This document shows positions 19,159 through 29,384 of a stretch of 64,000 bases of DNA, one piece after another. Source of the DNA: an uncultured Planctomycetota bacterium (lineage in GTDB: Bacteria; Planctomycetota; Planctomycetia; Isosphaerales; Isosphaeraceae). Under the pieces are notes generated by a model. It saw only the letters and a program-made list of their open reading frames with translations, was not told the origin of the DNA and searched no databases. Location: the NCBI GenBank assembly GCA_963823665.1, contig CAWGMQ010000010.1:192001-256000 (forward strand), written 5' to 3'. Numbering within the stretch: position 1 is the first letter of the stretch; the number at the start of each line of letters is the position of its first letter. The position numbers and the translations under genes are program-made.

Positions 19159-22100
19159 CTACCGGGGTTGCCGTCGCGTATCCGTAGGCCGCGCGGCGGA
19201 GGCCGGAGGCGACGGATCCGGAGGCTCGCGGAGCGTTCATGGTCCGCGGCGAATCGGTCCGGCGCACCAGGTCCGGCGCCGCCACGGCATTATCCTCTTC
19301 GACGACCTCAACCCGGAGGTCGTCGAAGAGGGCTTCCCCGTATCCGGCGAGCCCAAGCGTGACGGTGAACGTTCCGTCGCCCGGCGCCTTCCGGAATAAG
19401 AGCACGCGTTGAAACTCCGGAATGGGATCGCTCGTACGAAACTGGAACTGTTCGCCGCCGATCGAGTCGCGAACGATCACGCCGCCTGCCCCTTGCACGC
19501 TGGGGAAGACTCGTTTCACCAGCACGGAAATCCGGATCAAGTTGTTTCGCTCGACGCGGATCGGCGGCGACCGGATTGCGGCAACCGGGAAATCGAGAAA
19601 TGGCTGAATGGTGTCCAGGTCCTTGGGTTGCTCGGCCTTGACCTCCAGCTTGATGACCCGCCCCGAATTGGCTCCGTCCAGCTCGCGGATCGGCCGCTTC
19701 TTTTTCTCTGCCTTGGTCGTTGGCGGCGGCTCGGCTCGCGCGACAACGGAAACCTTGCCGACCAGGCCCTCTTGTTGATAGCTCATGTCGACCCAGCCTG
19801 ATGCGCTGACGACCTGCGGGTCATCGAAATCGCCTGAAGGAACACGATTCCGGCCGAACCGGTACCCCGGCATTCCCTTGATCCAGTCAATCCAGATGTA
19901 GGCCTCCGGCAGGGTGAAGAACGAAATACAGGGAGGGCAGCTCACCGGCGAGAGCAGGAGCGTGGGACGACGTGAGACCTTCGGTATCTCGACTTTCTTC
20001 TTGGGCTTCAAGTCGGTGTCCTCGTCGATTTCGACTTCGCCCTCTCGCAACGGGTAGATCTTCTTGGCAGCCTTCGTCAGCGCGGCCATCGCCTGCTCCC
20101 AGTGCCCGTGCATCACCATCCGGAGAGGTCGCTGTGCTCTTCGTGCTTGAAGCCAGGCTTCTTCATAATCCTGTCGTTCCATCGCCTCGCGTGCGCTGTT
20201 GATCCCCTTTTGCGAGTCGGCCAGAAGGTCCGGAACGTCGGGTGGCGCCCCTTCGATGCCCGCCTGCCGGCGCCGTTTGAGGTCGATCTTGCTGCGGAAT
20301 TCGTGACCATCGGCCGCCAGCCTGCCGTTCGCCTCCGTCACGGCTTGCAGCAGGATCTGCGACTGCTCGATTGCCAGCGCGACGGCCTGGGGCCGCGTTC
20401 CCTCGACGAGCACCCGCAGCCGCTCCCCCATCGAGAGTTCGGTCGTGCAAAGAATAAGGCTCGTGGTGTCGAACTCCCTGAGCGTGACCTTTCTGCCGTT
20501 TTGGTCTCGCTCGCTGTCCAGCACCTTGACACCACCCGGTGTGATCTCGAACGCTTGTGCTCCCTCGGGCAGGGCGGGCGTGACCCTCACCTCGTTCACC
20601 GCGAGCTGCGGCGGCTGGAACTGTGAGCGCCACGCGAAATCCCCCACCAGGAGCAATACGCCTCTTCGGTCCGGCGTCGGGATCGTCCAGGCCTTCATAC
20701 CCGGCGCGGGGGTCTGCTCCTTGACCCGCACCGGCCGGCGGCTCGTCAATTGCGTCGCATTGGAGGGCACCAGCAGCGGCTCGGGATCGAAGACGTTGTA
20801 GTCGCGGGTCTTCAGCTCGTTCTGCGCCAGAATGTGCTCACACATATCCATTTCGAAGTTCAGGAACGACATCTCGATCGCCAGCGCCCGGCCGAGGCCG
20901 CCGCTGCGCGTCAGATCGGCGTCGCCGGAATAAGCGATTCCCCGGCAGCCGGCCGCAAGCGCGATGTATGTCATCTGCCTGAGCTGGGCGGGCTGCACCG
21001 GCGGCGTCCCCCACGCGGGAGGCGTGTCGTCTCCCCAGATATTCCGGGTCACCAGCTCGGGTGTCGACGCCGGTACCCATCCCCAGAACAAGAGCCCAAG
21101 GTTCGAGCGAACGGTGAGCGCTCGCCGTTGCCTTATGTATTCATAGTTTTCGAGTAGCTCCTGACTGGCGCCCCAGAACAGAGGCTCGATCGCGATCATG
21201 TCCAGGCCCGATGGGGCGCGAGCGAACAGGTTCACATCGCCGTCAACCCCCGCCAGCGTCAGCCGCGAGACCTGGTCGTCGAGGTTCCGCACCGCGGCGA
21301 TTGCTTCTCGAACATTGGCCAGCTCCTCCTGACGCACCCCGGTCGGCCGTCGCCGGCCCAGGTGGTTGCCCAGGTGCCAGAACGCGACCGAATCTCGCAG
21401 CGCGTAGTCATTGATCTCCTCGAGGATCTGCTGGGGTGCGTCCGCTTCCGCCGCGCCGGAGAGCCGCGCCATGATCAACGCACCGCGCGCAATGGCGGGC
21501 TTCAGCCGCTCGGCATCGCCCTTCAGCGAGTCGATCAAAACGTCGAATCCCGCGTCCCGCAGACCCGCTGCACTCGCACCGGGCGCTTCGATCGCCGTGG
21601 GAAACCAGGGCCGATACACGCCGTCGCGCCCTCGCTTTTCCAGGAGGTTGCGCTCCAGGCGAATCGGCGTGGAAGCCGTCGCGGCCCGCTTGGGATCGCC
21701 CCGCGGGGCCGTGCCGCGGGACCGGCACTTTTTCCGGACTCATCGCCGTTTGGCGCGGCCCCCAGCACCGATTTCGGCACGGGCTCGATTGTGAGATCGT
21801 CGAGAAACACCTCCGATTCGCCCGGACCACCCAGCAGATTGACGACCACGCGCTCCAGGTATGCTCCCTCGAGCTTGACCGGCCGCCGGGTCGTTGCCCT
21901 CAGCACGCGTGCCTGACGCTCGATCGCCAGCGTCATTCCCACCAGCTCCAGTTTCTGCCAGCGGTCCACCTGATCGAAAACAGTGCCGCTGACCAGTACA
22001 TACGACGGAGCGCGGGTGTCGGGGTCCACGTCCGCCGGCAGGATCACCTTGGCGTAAATCTTCACACCCGCGCGATCCGATCGGACGTACAGACCAATGT

Positions 22101-22429
22101 TTAAATCATCCGACACCGGAATCTTCGGTGTGGCATAGCTCACGAAGAACTGACTGCCAGGGCCCGACTCGAAATGAAAGTGCTCGGAAAGCCGCCCGCC
22201 ATGAGCGGCCCGTTGTGACCGATCTTGCGCCAGCAGGCGAATCACGGTGTCGGTCTGCTCGCGCTGCCAGACGGGATCGGGCGTTTCAAAGCCGTCGCGA
22301 AACACGCCGGTCGCGGCTGCTCCCGAGTCGCGGAGCTGCCTTTCGTCGTCGCCGCCCATCAGCGCCGACAAACCCCGCGACGATACCGGCCAAGACCCCA
22401 ACCAGCGCCAATCGGAGTGCTGCCGTCAT
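19159..22429 (-). CDS. Large exported hypothetical protein (about 1,090 aa), frameshifted near 22360, 21690 and 19220
   Basis: GGAGG RBS and hydrophobic leader at 22429. Consecutive ORFs join; both ends have beta-rich segments finishing in F(L/F)DDL. Confidence 0.7.
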
Positions 22430-22883
22430 CGGTTCGAGACCTCCCTGTCCGCGAACCCCACCATTTCGTCTCGTCAAACTCGATCAGTTCAAGCGAGCGG
22501 CCACTTGCTATATCGTTCTTTCGGCAAATCGCTTACGACAACCGCAATCTCGAGCCACTAACCCCGTCGAATCGGCCTGTCGCACACACGCTACAGACGA
22601 CGGGCGCGAAAGTAACCGAGTTCCCCACGCCACGGAAGCCCAAGTCCACTTGAATTCGCGTATGCCGTCCCACCAAGAACGGCCGACTCTCCACGCTTGC
22701 AGCGGGTCTTCTTGCCGGTGTGTCGGCTCCGGATCGCACATGGCAATGATATGAATAGTTCGGTTACTCGGCGTAACCGCTACATCCGGCCGTCTTTACT
22801 CAATCAGACAAGTTTCGTTGATCTCCTTTTCTTCCCCAGTTTGTATGTTAGAGTTGAGCACAACACATCGACGAGGTGCAACT

Positions 22884-23159
22884 ATGAGTCTGGCAATCAC
22901 CGAAACGAGCGGGCAAGTTGAGTCGACCGGGCAAGTGCCGATGGAGCTGATGGCTCTCAAAGGCCGAATTGCGGACCAGCCGCCCAAGGTTCGAGCCGAG
23001 CTTGAGCCTCTGATCGACGAAGTTCTCGAACACGCGATGTTCCGCAGCCGGGTCATGCTGATCGCCCGCGACGCACTAGAGCGCCTGCGAGTGGACATGG
23101 CGGCGCTTCGATTTGATCTCGAAGCCACCCGCCGCGAGACAAGGCAGCGGTCGTATTGA
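22884..23159 (+). CDS. Small helical hypothetical protein
   Basis: GAGG RBS; C-terminal LRVDMAALRFDLEATRRE, a motif I recall from planctomycete proteins. Confidence 0.7.
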   Translation: MSLAITETSGQVESTGQVPMELMALKGRIADQPPKVRAELEPLIDEVLEHAMFRSRVMLIARDALERLRVDMAALRFDLEATRRETRQRSY

Positions 23160-23170
23160 TGCAGGTGAGC

Positions 23171-24070
23171 TTACGGCGATTCAGGCTTCCCGGGTTTTCC
23201 CAAGCTCGGGGCCGCCACGGTAAGCCACGTGGTGACGACCCGGCCGACTTCCTCGAGGCTTTCCGCCGAGCAGTGCTCCGGCAAGTCATCGGCCGTGTGC
23301 CAGAACGGATAATTGAAATCGATGATATCGATGGCCGGGATGCCCACGGCGAGGAGGCTCAGATGGTCGTCCCAGACCGCTTCGCCCGCACGGAAGTCGA
23401 ATGACTTCGCCTTCAGGGAAGCCGCCACGGACCACACCTGGTTGACGACCTGACGCGCTCGCACTCTGCTGAAAGCTTCCTGCTCGACCTCGAGATCGCT
23501 TCCACCCACCATGTCGAGCACGATCCCCGCGGTGTAGCGAAATCTCTCGCGTCGCGCCGCATATCGCCGTGCGAATTCGATTGAGCCCAGAAAGTACTCG
23601 CCCTCGGGTGGGTCGTTGCCGAAAACGAGCTCCTCGCCGTCGAAGAGCACGAGGTCCACTCCCCATCGCGTCTCCAGATCGCTCACGTGATGCGCGATCT
23701 CCATCTCGAGCGCAACCCCGGAAGCCCCGTCATTGGCGCCGATGAACGGCAGTGCACGGCGAATCGGGTCGACTTCTTCATCCGGGTGCGGCCGCGTGTC
23801 GTAATGGGCACCGATCACTACCCGCTCGAGCCGGTCGGGATGCCAGCGGCCAATCAGGTTCGTCATTTGCAGCCGCGCACCGCAGAGTGGATGCGATGCG
23901 GCGAACGGCTGCTCGATCAGTTCCGCGCCCAGCTTCCGGAAGTGCTCCTTCACCAGCTCGAGCTGGCGAAGGTTGGCCACTGACCCAGCCGGCCGCGGCC
24001 CGATTTCGCAGATCTTTTTGAGGTATTCGTAGGCGCGCTTTCCATCGATCTTGGGCGCTTCGACGACCAA
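23171..24070 (-). CDS. M28 family peptidase / glutaminyl-cyclase-like (copy 2, no signal peptide)
   Basis: GAHYDTR, GANDGASG, LFDGEE, LDMVG, DDH, WHT..D; AGGAG RBS and TTG start. Confidence 0.88.
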   Translation of the reverse strand: MVVEAPKIDGKRAYEYLKKICEIGPRPAGSVANLRQLELVKEHFRKLGAELIEQPFAASHPLCGARLQMTNLIGRWHPDRLERVVIGAHYDTRPHPDEEVDPIRRALPFIGANDGASGVALEMEIAHHVSDLETRWGVDLVLFDGEELVFGNDPPEGEYFLGSIEFARRYAARRERFRYTAGIVLDMVGGSDLEVEQEAFSRVRARQVVNQVWSVAASLKAKSFDFRAGEAVWDDHLSLLAVGIPAIDIIDFNYPFWHTADDLPEHCSAESLEEVGRVVTTWLTVAAPSLGKPGKPESP

Positions 24071-24084
24071 TTACACGCTCCTTC

Positions 24085-25128
24085 TCACCGCGTTTTCCGC
24101 TTCCTCGGTGCGGCCACGGCTGGCGCGGGTACGGTCAGCCAGGTAGCGATAACACGGCCCACTTCCTCGAGGCTCTCGGCCGAACAGTTCGCGGGAACAT
24201 CATCGGCCTTGTGCCAGTACGGATAATCGAAATCGATGAGATCAATCGTCGGAATGCCTCCGATTTCGTTGAGCGACAGGTGGTCGTCGCGCACTTCGCG
24301 TCCTTCGTAGTTCTTGAATGACTTCGCTTTGAGGCTGTCGGCCACGGACCACACCTGCTGCACCAGCCCGGGGGCATACCGGTTGCTGTTCGGTTCTTGC
24401 GGCAGCTTGAGGTCGCGGCCGCCCACCATGTCAAGCACCATCCCGGCTACGTAGCGGTACTGGATCCGCCGCGAATCGCGAAGCTGCGCGTATCGCGTGG
24501 CGAATGCAATCGAGCCCAGGAAGTACTCCCCGACGGGCTGGTTATTTCCGAACACCAGCTCCTCACCGTCGAACAGCACCAGGTCGACGCCCCGCTCTGT
24601 CTTGAGGTCTTTGAGAAGATGGGCCAGCTCCATCTGAACTGCGACACCGGAAGCCCCGTCGTTCGCGCCGATGAAGGGCATTGCATGGCGCGCCGGGTCT
24701 CGTTCCTCGTCGGGGTGGGGCCGGGTGTCGTAGTGGGCACCGATCACCACGCGATCCCTGCGCTCGGGATGCCACCGGCCGATCAGGTTCACCAGAATGA
24801 GCCGCTCGCCCGTCTGCGGATGCGCGATCGCCCACCTCTGCTCCTCGACGACGCCCCCCATCTTGGTGAAGTGCTCGGCGACCATCTTGCGCTGCCGCGC
24901 GTTGGCCTCCGATCCCGCCGTGCGCGGGCCGATATCGCAGATCTTCTTGAGATAGCCGTATGCCCGCTTGCCATCGATTTTGGGCGGGTCGTCGAAGACG
25001 AGCGCACTGGCCTCCGTGACGCTCGTTGCCTCGAACGCCCCCGGCCATGAGAGCATGCCCGAGCTCCCCAGGAAAACCGCGGCCAGCGGCACGACGAGCA
25101 GACAACTCGCGATCTTCCTGGATCGCAT
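24085..25128 (-). CDS. M28 family peptidase / glutaminyl-cyclase-like (copy 1, with signal peptide)
   Basis: Same catalytic motifs; N-terminal hydrophobic leader. Confidence 0.9.
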   Translation of the reverse strand: MRSRKIASCLLVVPLAAVFLGSSGMLSWPGAFEATSVTEASALVFDDPPKIDGKRAYGYLKKICDIGPRTAGSEANARQRKMVAEHFTKMGGVVEEQRWAIAHPQTGERLILVNLIGRWHPERRDRVVIGAHYDTRPHPDEERDPARHAMPFIGANDGASGVAVQMELAHLLKDLKTERGVDLVLFDGEELVFGNNQPVGEYFLGSIAFATRYAQLRDSRRIQYRYVAGMVLDMVGGRDLKLPQEPNSNRYAPGLVQQVWSVADSLKAKSFKNYEGREVRDDHLSLNEIGGIPTIDLIDFDYPYWHKADDVPANCSAESLEEVGRVIATWLTVPAPAVAAPRKRKTR

Positions 25129-25243
25129 GAGCCTCAGCCGGAATGATCCCATTCGTGAATCTCCTGTTGGCTTGACCGCTGCCTTGATTGCTGCGGGTTC
25201 TCCGAGGCAGTAGGGCAGCGGCCCGCGGCCACTCCTATCTGTG

Positions 25244-25822
25244 TTAACGCATGAGTGCAGGATAGTCTTGAAGCAATCGGGCGAGCCGCTCCAGCGGCAG
25301 CCCCACCACGTTCGAATAACTCCCCCTGATCACCTCCACGAACGGGTCGGGGTCTCGAAGTCCGTAGCCGCCCGACCTGCCTTCCCATCGATTCGAGTCG
25401 AGGTATTCATTCCGCTCCGAGTCCGAAAGCCGCCGGAACCGTATCGCACTGACTTCGACCGCGCCCACCCATTCGTGTGATCCCACGCGAAAAAGGCATA
25501 TCCCCGAGACGACATCCGTATCATGCCCTTCCTGAAGCCGGATCATCCGTTCGGCATCGCGGCGATCGAGCGGCTTGTTGAGTATCTCGCCGCGAACCTC
25601 GCACACCGTATCCGCTCCCAGGACCAAGCCGCTCTCGCGGCGCCGGGCGACCGCCGCCGCCTTCTGCCAGGCCAGATGCGCCGCGTAGTCTTCAGGCGAT
25701 GCTTCTGGACCCGGCTCTGGCTCTTCAAACCCCGACGGTTCCACCTCCAGCGGATATCCAGCCTCCTCGAGCAGCAACCGCCGCCGCGGCGACGCACTGG
25801 CCAGAATTAGCCGCGGCTTCAT
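25244..25822 (-). CDS. maf: Maf family nucleoside triphosphate pyrophosphatase
   Basis: LILASASPRRRLLL, GADT, KP.D, GSYSNVVGLP. Confidence 0.93.
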   Translation of the reverse strand: MKPRLILASASPRRRLLLEEAGYPLEVEPSGFEEPEPGPEASPEDYAAHLAWQKAAAVARRRESGLVLGADTVCEVRGEILNKPLDRRDAERMIRLQEGHDTDVVSGICLFRVGSHEWVGAVEVSAIRFRRLSDSERNEYLDSNRWEGRSGGYGLRDPDPFVEVIRGSYSNVVGLPLERLARLLQDYPALMR

Positions 25823-25976
25823 AAGTCTCCCCGCTCGACCAGCGCAGACCAAGTAGATTCAACACGATACGGCGAAACACGATCGTATCGCCACCGGGCA
25901 CTTTCGAGCAAGCTGTGATCGACCTCCGCCCGCAGCAATTCTCCCGTGCACGGCCGATCGGGCGTCTGACTGCGGG

Positions 25977-26672
25977 TCAGCCGCGGCGCAGGGCCTCGAT
26001 CTTCCGCCGGAGGCGGTCGTTCTCGTCGGTAAGGCGCTGGCGTTCGTCCACCGCCTCCTCGGCGCGGCGCACGGCTGCTTCACGCCCCTCGCGCGGCGTG
26101 AGCAAGCGCTTGCCCGTCGCGGGGTCGAACAGCCGGAGCTTCTGTCCCTCACGTTCCAGATGCAGACCCAGAACCTGGCTGGGCAGCCGGCCGGCGAGCG
26201 GTTTGACGGGGACATACTTCCCCCTCGCCAGCCGGAAACCCTGGAGCGGGGGGTCGAGGTAGTCCTCGGTGGGATCAAAGAGCATATACTCGGAGACCCT
26301 CAGGATATCGCGGTAGATCTCGAACTTCTTCTTCATGTCCTCTTGCTTGGTCGACTTTGACGTGATCTCGACGACGAAATCGGGGGCCTTCCCCTCTTTC
26401 CAGACGAGGTAGAAGTCGCGCGGAGGAAGTTTGCGCACGCCAAGCGCCACAAAAACGTCAGGGGAGACGTGCATCCGCGGGTTCCCCTCCTCGTAGTAGA
26501 GCAGGAGGTTGCCCCAAATATAGACGTTCGGTTCAGCGGCGAAATGATCCCTGAGCACCTCGATCGCGACGATCATCTCATCCATGTGGAGCTGGGTTTC
26601 CGCCATGAGTTTTCCATCCCTGCTGGGATATTCGACTTCGGGCGTTCGTCGCCGTCGCCGGACCGTCGACAT
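25977..26672 (-). CDS. Uma2 (DUF820) family endonuclease-fold protein
   Basis: YPSRDGKLMAET, SPDVFV, PDFVVEITSKST, EYMLFDP; coiled-coil tail. Confidence 0.9.
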   Translation of the reverse strand: MSTVRRRRRTPEVEYPSRDGKLMAETQLHMDEMIVAIEVLRDHFAAEPNVYIWGNLLLYYEEGNPRMHVSPDVFVALGVRKLPPRDFYLVWKEGKAPDFVVEITSKSTKQEDMKKKFEIYRDILRVSEYMLFDPTEDYLDPPLQGFRLARGKYVPVKPLAGRLPSQVLGLHLEREGQKLRLFDPATGKRLLTPREGREAAVRRAEEAVDERQRLTDENDRLRRKIEALRRG

Positions 26673-26769
26673 GGCCTCGCTCCTTCTGTCTTGCGATTCC
26701 CTCGGAGCGAGCGTCTTGGAAACATCCATTCGTCACCGGCGGGGGATCCTGCTCGATTGTAACATCATC

Positions 26770-27074
26770 TGGCGGGCGAAAAGAACCGCGTGCAGGTTCT
26801 CCAGATCATCCGCGACCACTTGAGTAGCGGCCAGCGCGTCTTCGTTGGCGTCGTCGCGCCGATCGACCCGCAGGTCGAAAGTCCCGAACAGGTTCGGGAC
26901 CGAATCCTCGAGGCGGCGGAATTTATCCCGCTCGACCAGCTCGGCACGACCGATGACTGCGGATTCTCGCCCTTCTGCGACGATACCTCAACCAGCCGTG
27001 AGACTGCGTTTGCGAAAATCCGGGCGCGGGTGCTCGGCACCGAACTTGCATCCAAGATTCTCGGAGGCAAGTGA
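26770..27074 (+). pseudogene. 5'-truncated cobalamin-independent methionine synthase (MetE-like, family II) fragment
   Basis: Only the last ~100 aa remain: VFVGVVAPIDPQVESPEQVRDRILEAAEFIP...TTDDCGFSPF...AFAKIRARV. No N-terminal part upstream. Confidence 0.8.
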
Positions 27075-29056
27075 TGGCGGCAGATGACGGCGAGGACCAG
27101 ATGCTACGCACCGTTGCCCTGCAGAATGCCAAGAGCATCCTCCAGGCTCGTCAACGGGCAGAGGAGGCTCTGCGGAAGCAATCAGACTGGTTGCGAACCA
27201 CACTCGCCAGTATCGGTGACGCCGTGATCAGCACCGACGCCGAAGGCCGGGTGACGTTCATGAATCGCGTCGCGGAGGAGTTGACCGGCTGGCCCGAGCC
27301 CGAGGCGGTCGGTCATTCCCTGGCGGACGTTTTCGTGATCGTCAACGAACGCACGCGGCAGCCGGTGCAGATCCCCGCACTGAGTGCCTTGGAGCAGGGG
27401 ACCGGCGCCGGGCTGCCGAGCCATACCCTGCTCATCTCTCGGGACGGTGCGGCGCGGCCAATCGACGATAGCGCCGCGCCCATACGCGACAGCTCCGGCG
27501 CGGCGCTCGGTGCGGTCCTGGTTTTCCGTGACGTCACCGAGCGCAAGCGAGCAGAGGAGTCGCGGACCCTGCTTGCCGCCATCGTGGAAGCGTCCGAAGA
27601 TGCGATCATCAGCAAGACTCTCGACGGCGTCATCCGGTCATGGAACGCCGGGGCGGAGCGCCTTTTCGGCTACACGGCGTCGGAGGCCATCGGCCAATCG
27701 ATCACCCTGATCATTCCGCCCGAGCGCCACGACGAGGAACATTCGATCGTAGAGCGGCTCCGCCGCGGAGAGCGAATCGAGCATTTTGAGACCGTGCGGG
27801 TTGCCAAAGACGGTCGACGCATCAATATCTCCCTTTCGGTCTCTCCGCTTCTCGACGAGAACGACCACGTCGTCGGTGCCTCCAAGGTAGCGCGCGATAT
27901 CACCGAGCGAAAGCAGGCGGAAGCCGTGCTGAGAGACGCCGACCGCCGCAAGGACGAGTTCCTGGCGCTCCTCGCGCACGAACTGCGGAACCCACTGGCA
28001 CCGTTGCGGAACGGACTCCAGGTGCTCCGGTTATCCGGCGGAGACGCCGATACCGTCAGGCAGGTCCGTGCCATGATGGATCGGCAGCTCGGACATATGG
28101 TTCGGCTCATCGACGATTTGCTGGACATCGCCCGCGTCAGCCAAAGCAAGATCGAGCTCAGGCTGGCGCGCGTGCCGCTTGCGGCCGTGATCGACTCGGC
28201 AATCGAGACGGCCCGTCCCGCCATCGAGGCAGAAGGCCATGAGCTCCACGTTTCGCTACCCGCAGAGCCGCTCTTCCTCGACGCCGATCTGACTCGGCTC
28301 GCACAAGTCTTCTCGAACCTTCTCTCGAACAGCGCCAAGTACACGCCGCTGGGGGGACACATCTGGCTCACAGCCGAGCGCCAGGATGATCACGCAGTTA
28401 TCACGGTGCGGGATGATGGGATCGGCATTCCAGCACCCGCCCTGCCGTGCATCTTCGACATGTTCTCGCAGGTAGACCGGAGCATCGAGCGCGCCCGCGA
28501 GGGACTCGGTATCGGCCTGGCGCTCGTCAAGGGCCTGGTCGAAATGCACGGCGGCCGGGTCTCGGCCGAAAGCGCTGGCCTCGGAAAAGGCAGTGCGTTC
28601 ACGGTGCGAATGCCTGCCCTTGCGACGATATCCGATGCAGTGGCCTCCTCACCCCCGGAAGTCGTGCTCCAGGCGCCGGGAAACGGGCGGCGGATCCTGG
28701 TCGCGGACGACAATCGGGATGCCGCCGCTACGCTGGCCAAGATGCTCACGCTTCTGGGCAACGACGTCCGCATCGCTCGCGACGGCATCCAGGCGGTCCG
28801 CACCGCAGACGAATACCGGCCCGAGATCATTCTCATGGACGTCGGCATGCCGGGCCTGAACGGGTACGATGCGACGCGGCGGATTCGCGAACAACCCTGG
28901 GGACCTGGCGCGATCATCATCGCGTTGACAGGTTGGGGCCAGGCAGGCGATCGCATTCAATCGAAAGCAGCCGGCTGCGACGGCCATCTCGTCAAGCCCG
29001 TCAGCCTGCCCGACCTGGAGAGTATGCTCGGCGAGCTCGACCGGGCACGGCATTAA
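27074..29056 (+). CDS. Hybrid PAS-PAS histidine kinase-receiver
   Basis: TLASIGDAVISTD, two PAS/PAC, FLALLAHELRNPL, GLGIGL, C-terminal receiver. Start overlaps the stop of the MetE fragment (GTGATG). Confidence 0.92.
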   Translation: MAADDGEDQMLRTVALQNAKSILQARQRAEEALRKQSDWLRTTLASIGDAVISTDAEGRVTFMNRVAEELTGWPEPEAVGHSLADVFVIVNERTRQPVQIPALSALEQGTGAGLPSHTLLISRDGAARPIDDSAAPIRDSSGAALGAVLVFRDVTERKRAEESRTLLAAIVEASEDAIISKTLDGVIRSWNAGAERLFGYTASEAIGQSITLIIPPERHDEEHSIVERLRRGERIEHFETVRVAKDGRRINISLSVSPLLDENDHVVGASKVARDITERKQAEAVLRDADRRKDEFLALLAHELRNPLAPLRNGLQVLRLSGGDADTVRQVRAMMDRQLGHMVRLIDDLLDIARVSQSKIELRLARVPLAAVIDSAIETARPAIEAEGHELHVSLPAEPLFLDADLTRLAQVFSNLLSNSAKYTPLGGHIWLTAERQDDHAVITVRDDGIGIPAPALPCIFDMFSQVDRSIERAREGLGIGLALVKGLVEMHGGRVSAESAGLGKGSAFTVRMPALATISDAVASSPPEVVLQAPGNGRRILVADDNRDAAATLAKMLTLLGNDVRIARDGIQAVRTADEYRPEIILMDVGMPGLNGYDATRRIREQPWGPGAIIIALTGWGQAGDRIQSKAAGCDGHLVKPVSLPDLESMLGELDRARH

Positions 29057-29384
29057 AAGGTGTCAGGACGAATTCCAGTCTGCCGCCCGGGGAATGTGGA
29101 AGCCGCGGTCAATCCGGCCATCCCCTTGACTCAGTGTTCGCGTTCTTGAAGCGTTACTCGGGGCATAACCAGGCTCCTGCATCCGGGCAAATAACACAAC
29201 TGGCATTCTCGCGGCTCGATCCAGGGCATGCAAGACCGCCTCGCGCTACACCGCCTGCATTCGACAGCAACACCGCGTAGAAGCGAACCCACAGCTCGTG
29301 TACCCTGTACGTCGGAACGTGCGGATGGAGTTGATCCTCGTCCCTTTGCCCGTCTCCGTCCGGCGCATCGTAAGGAGGGTTGCC

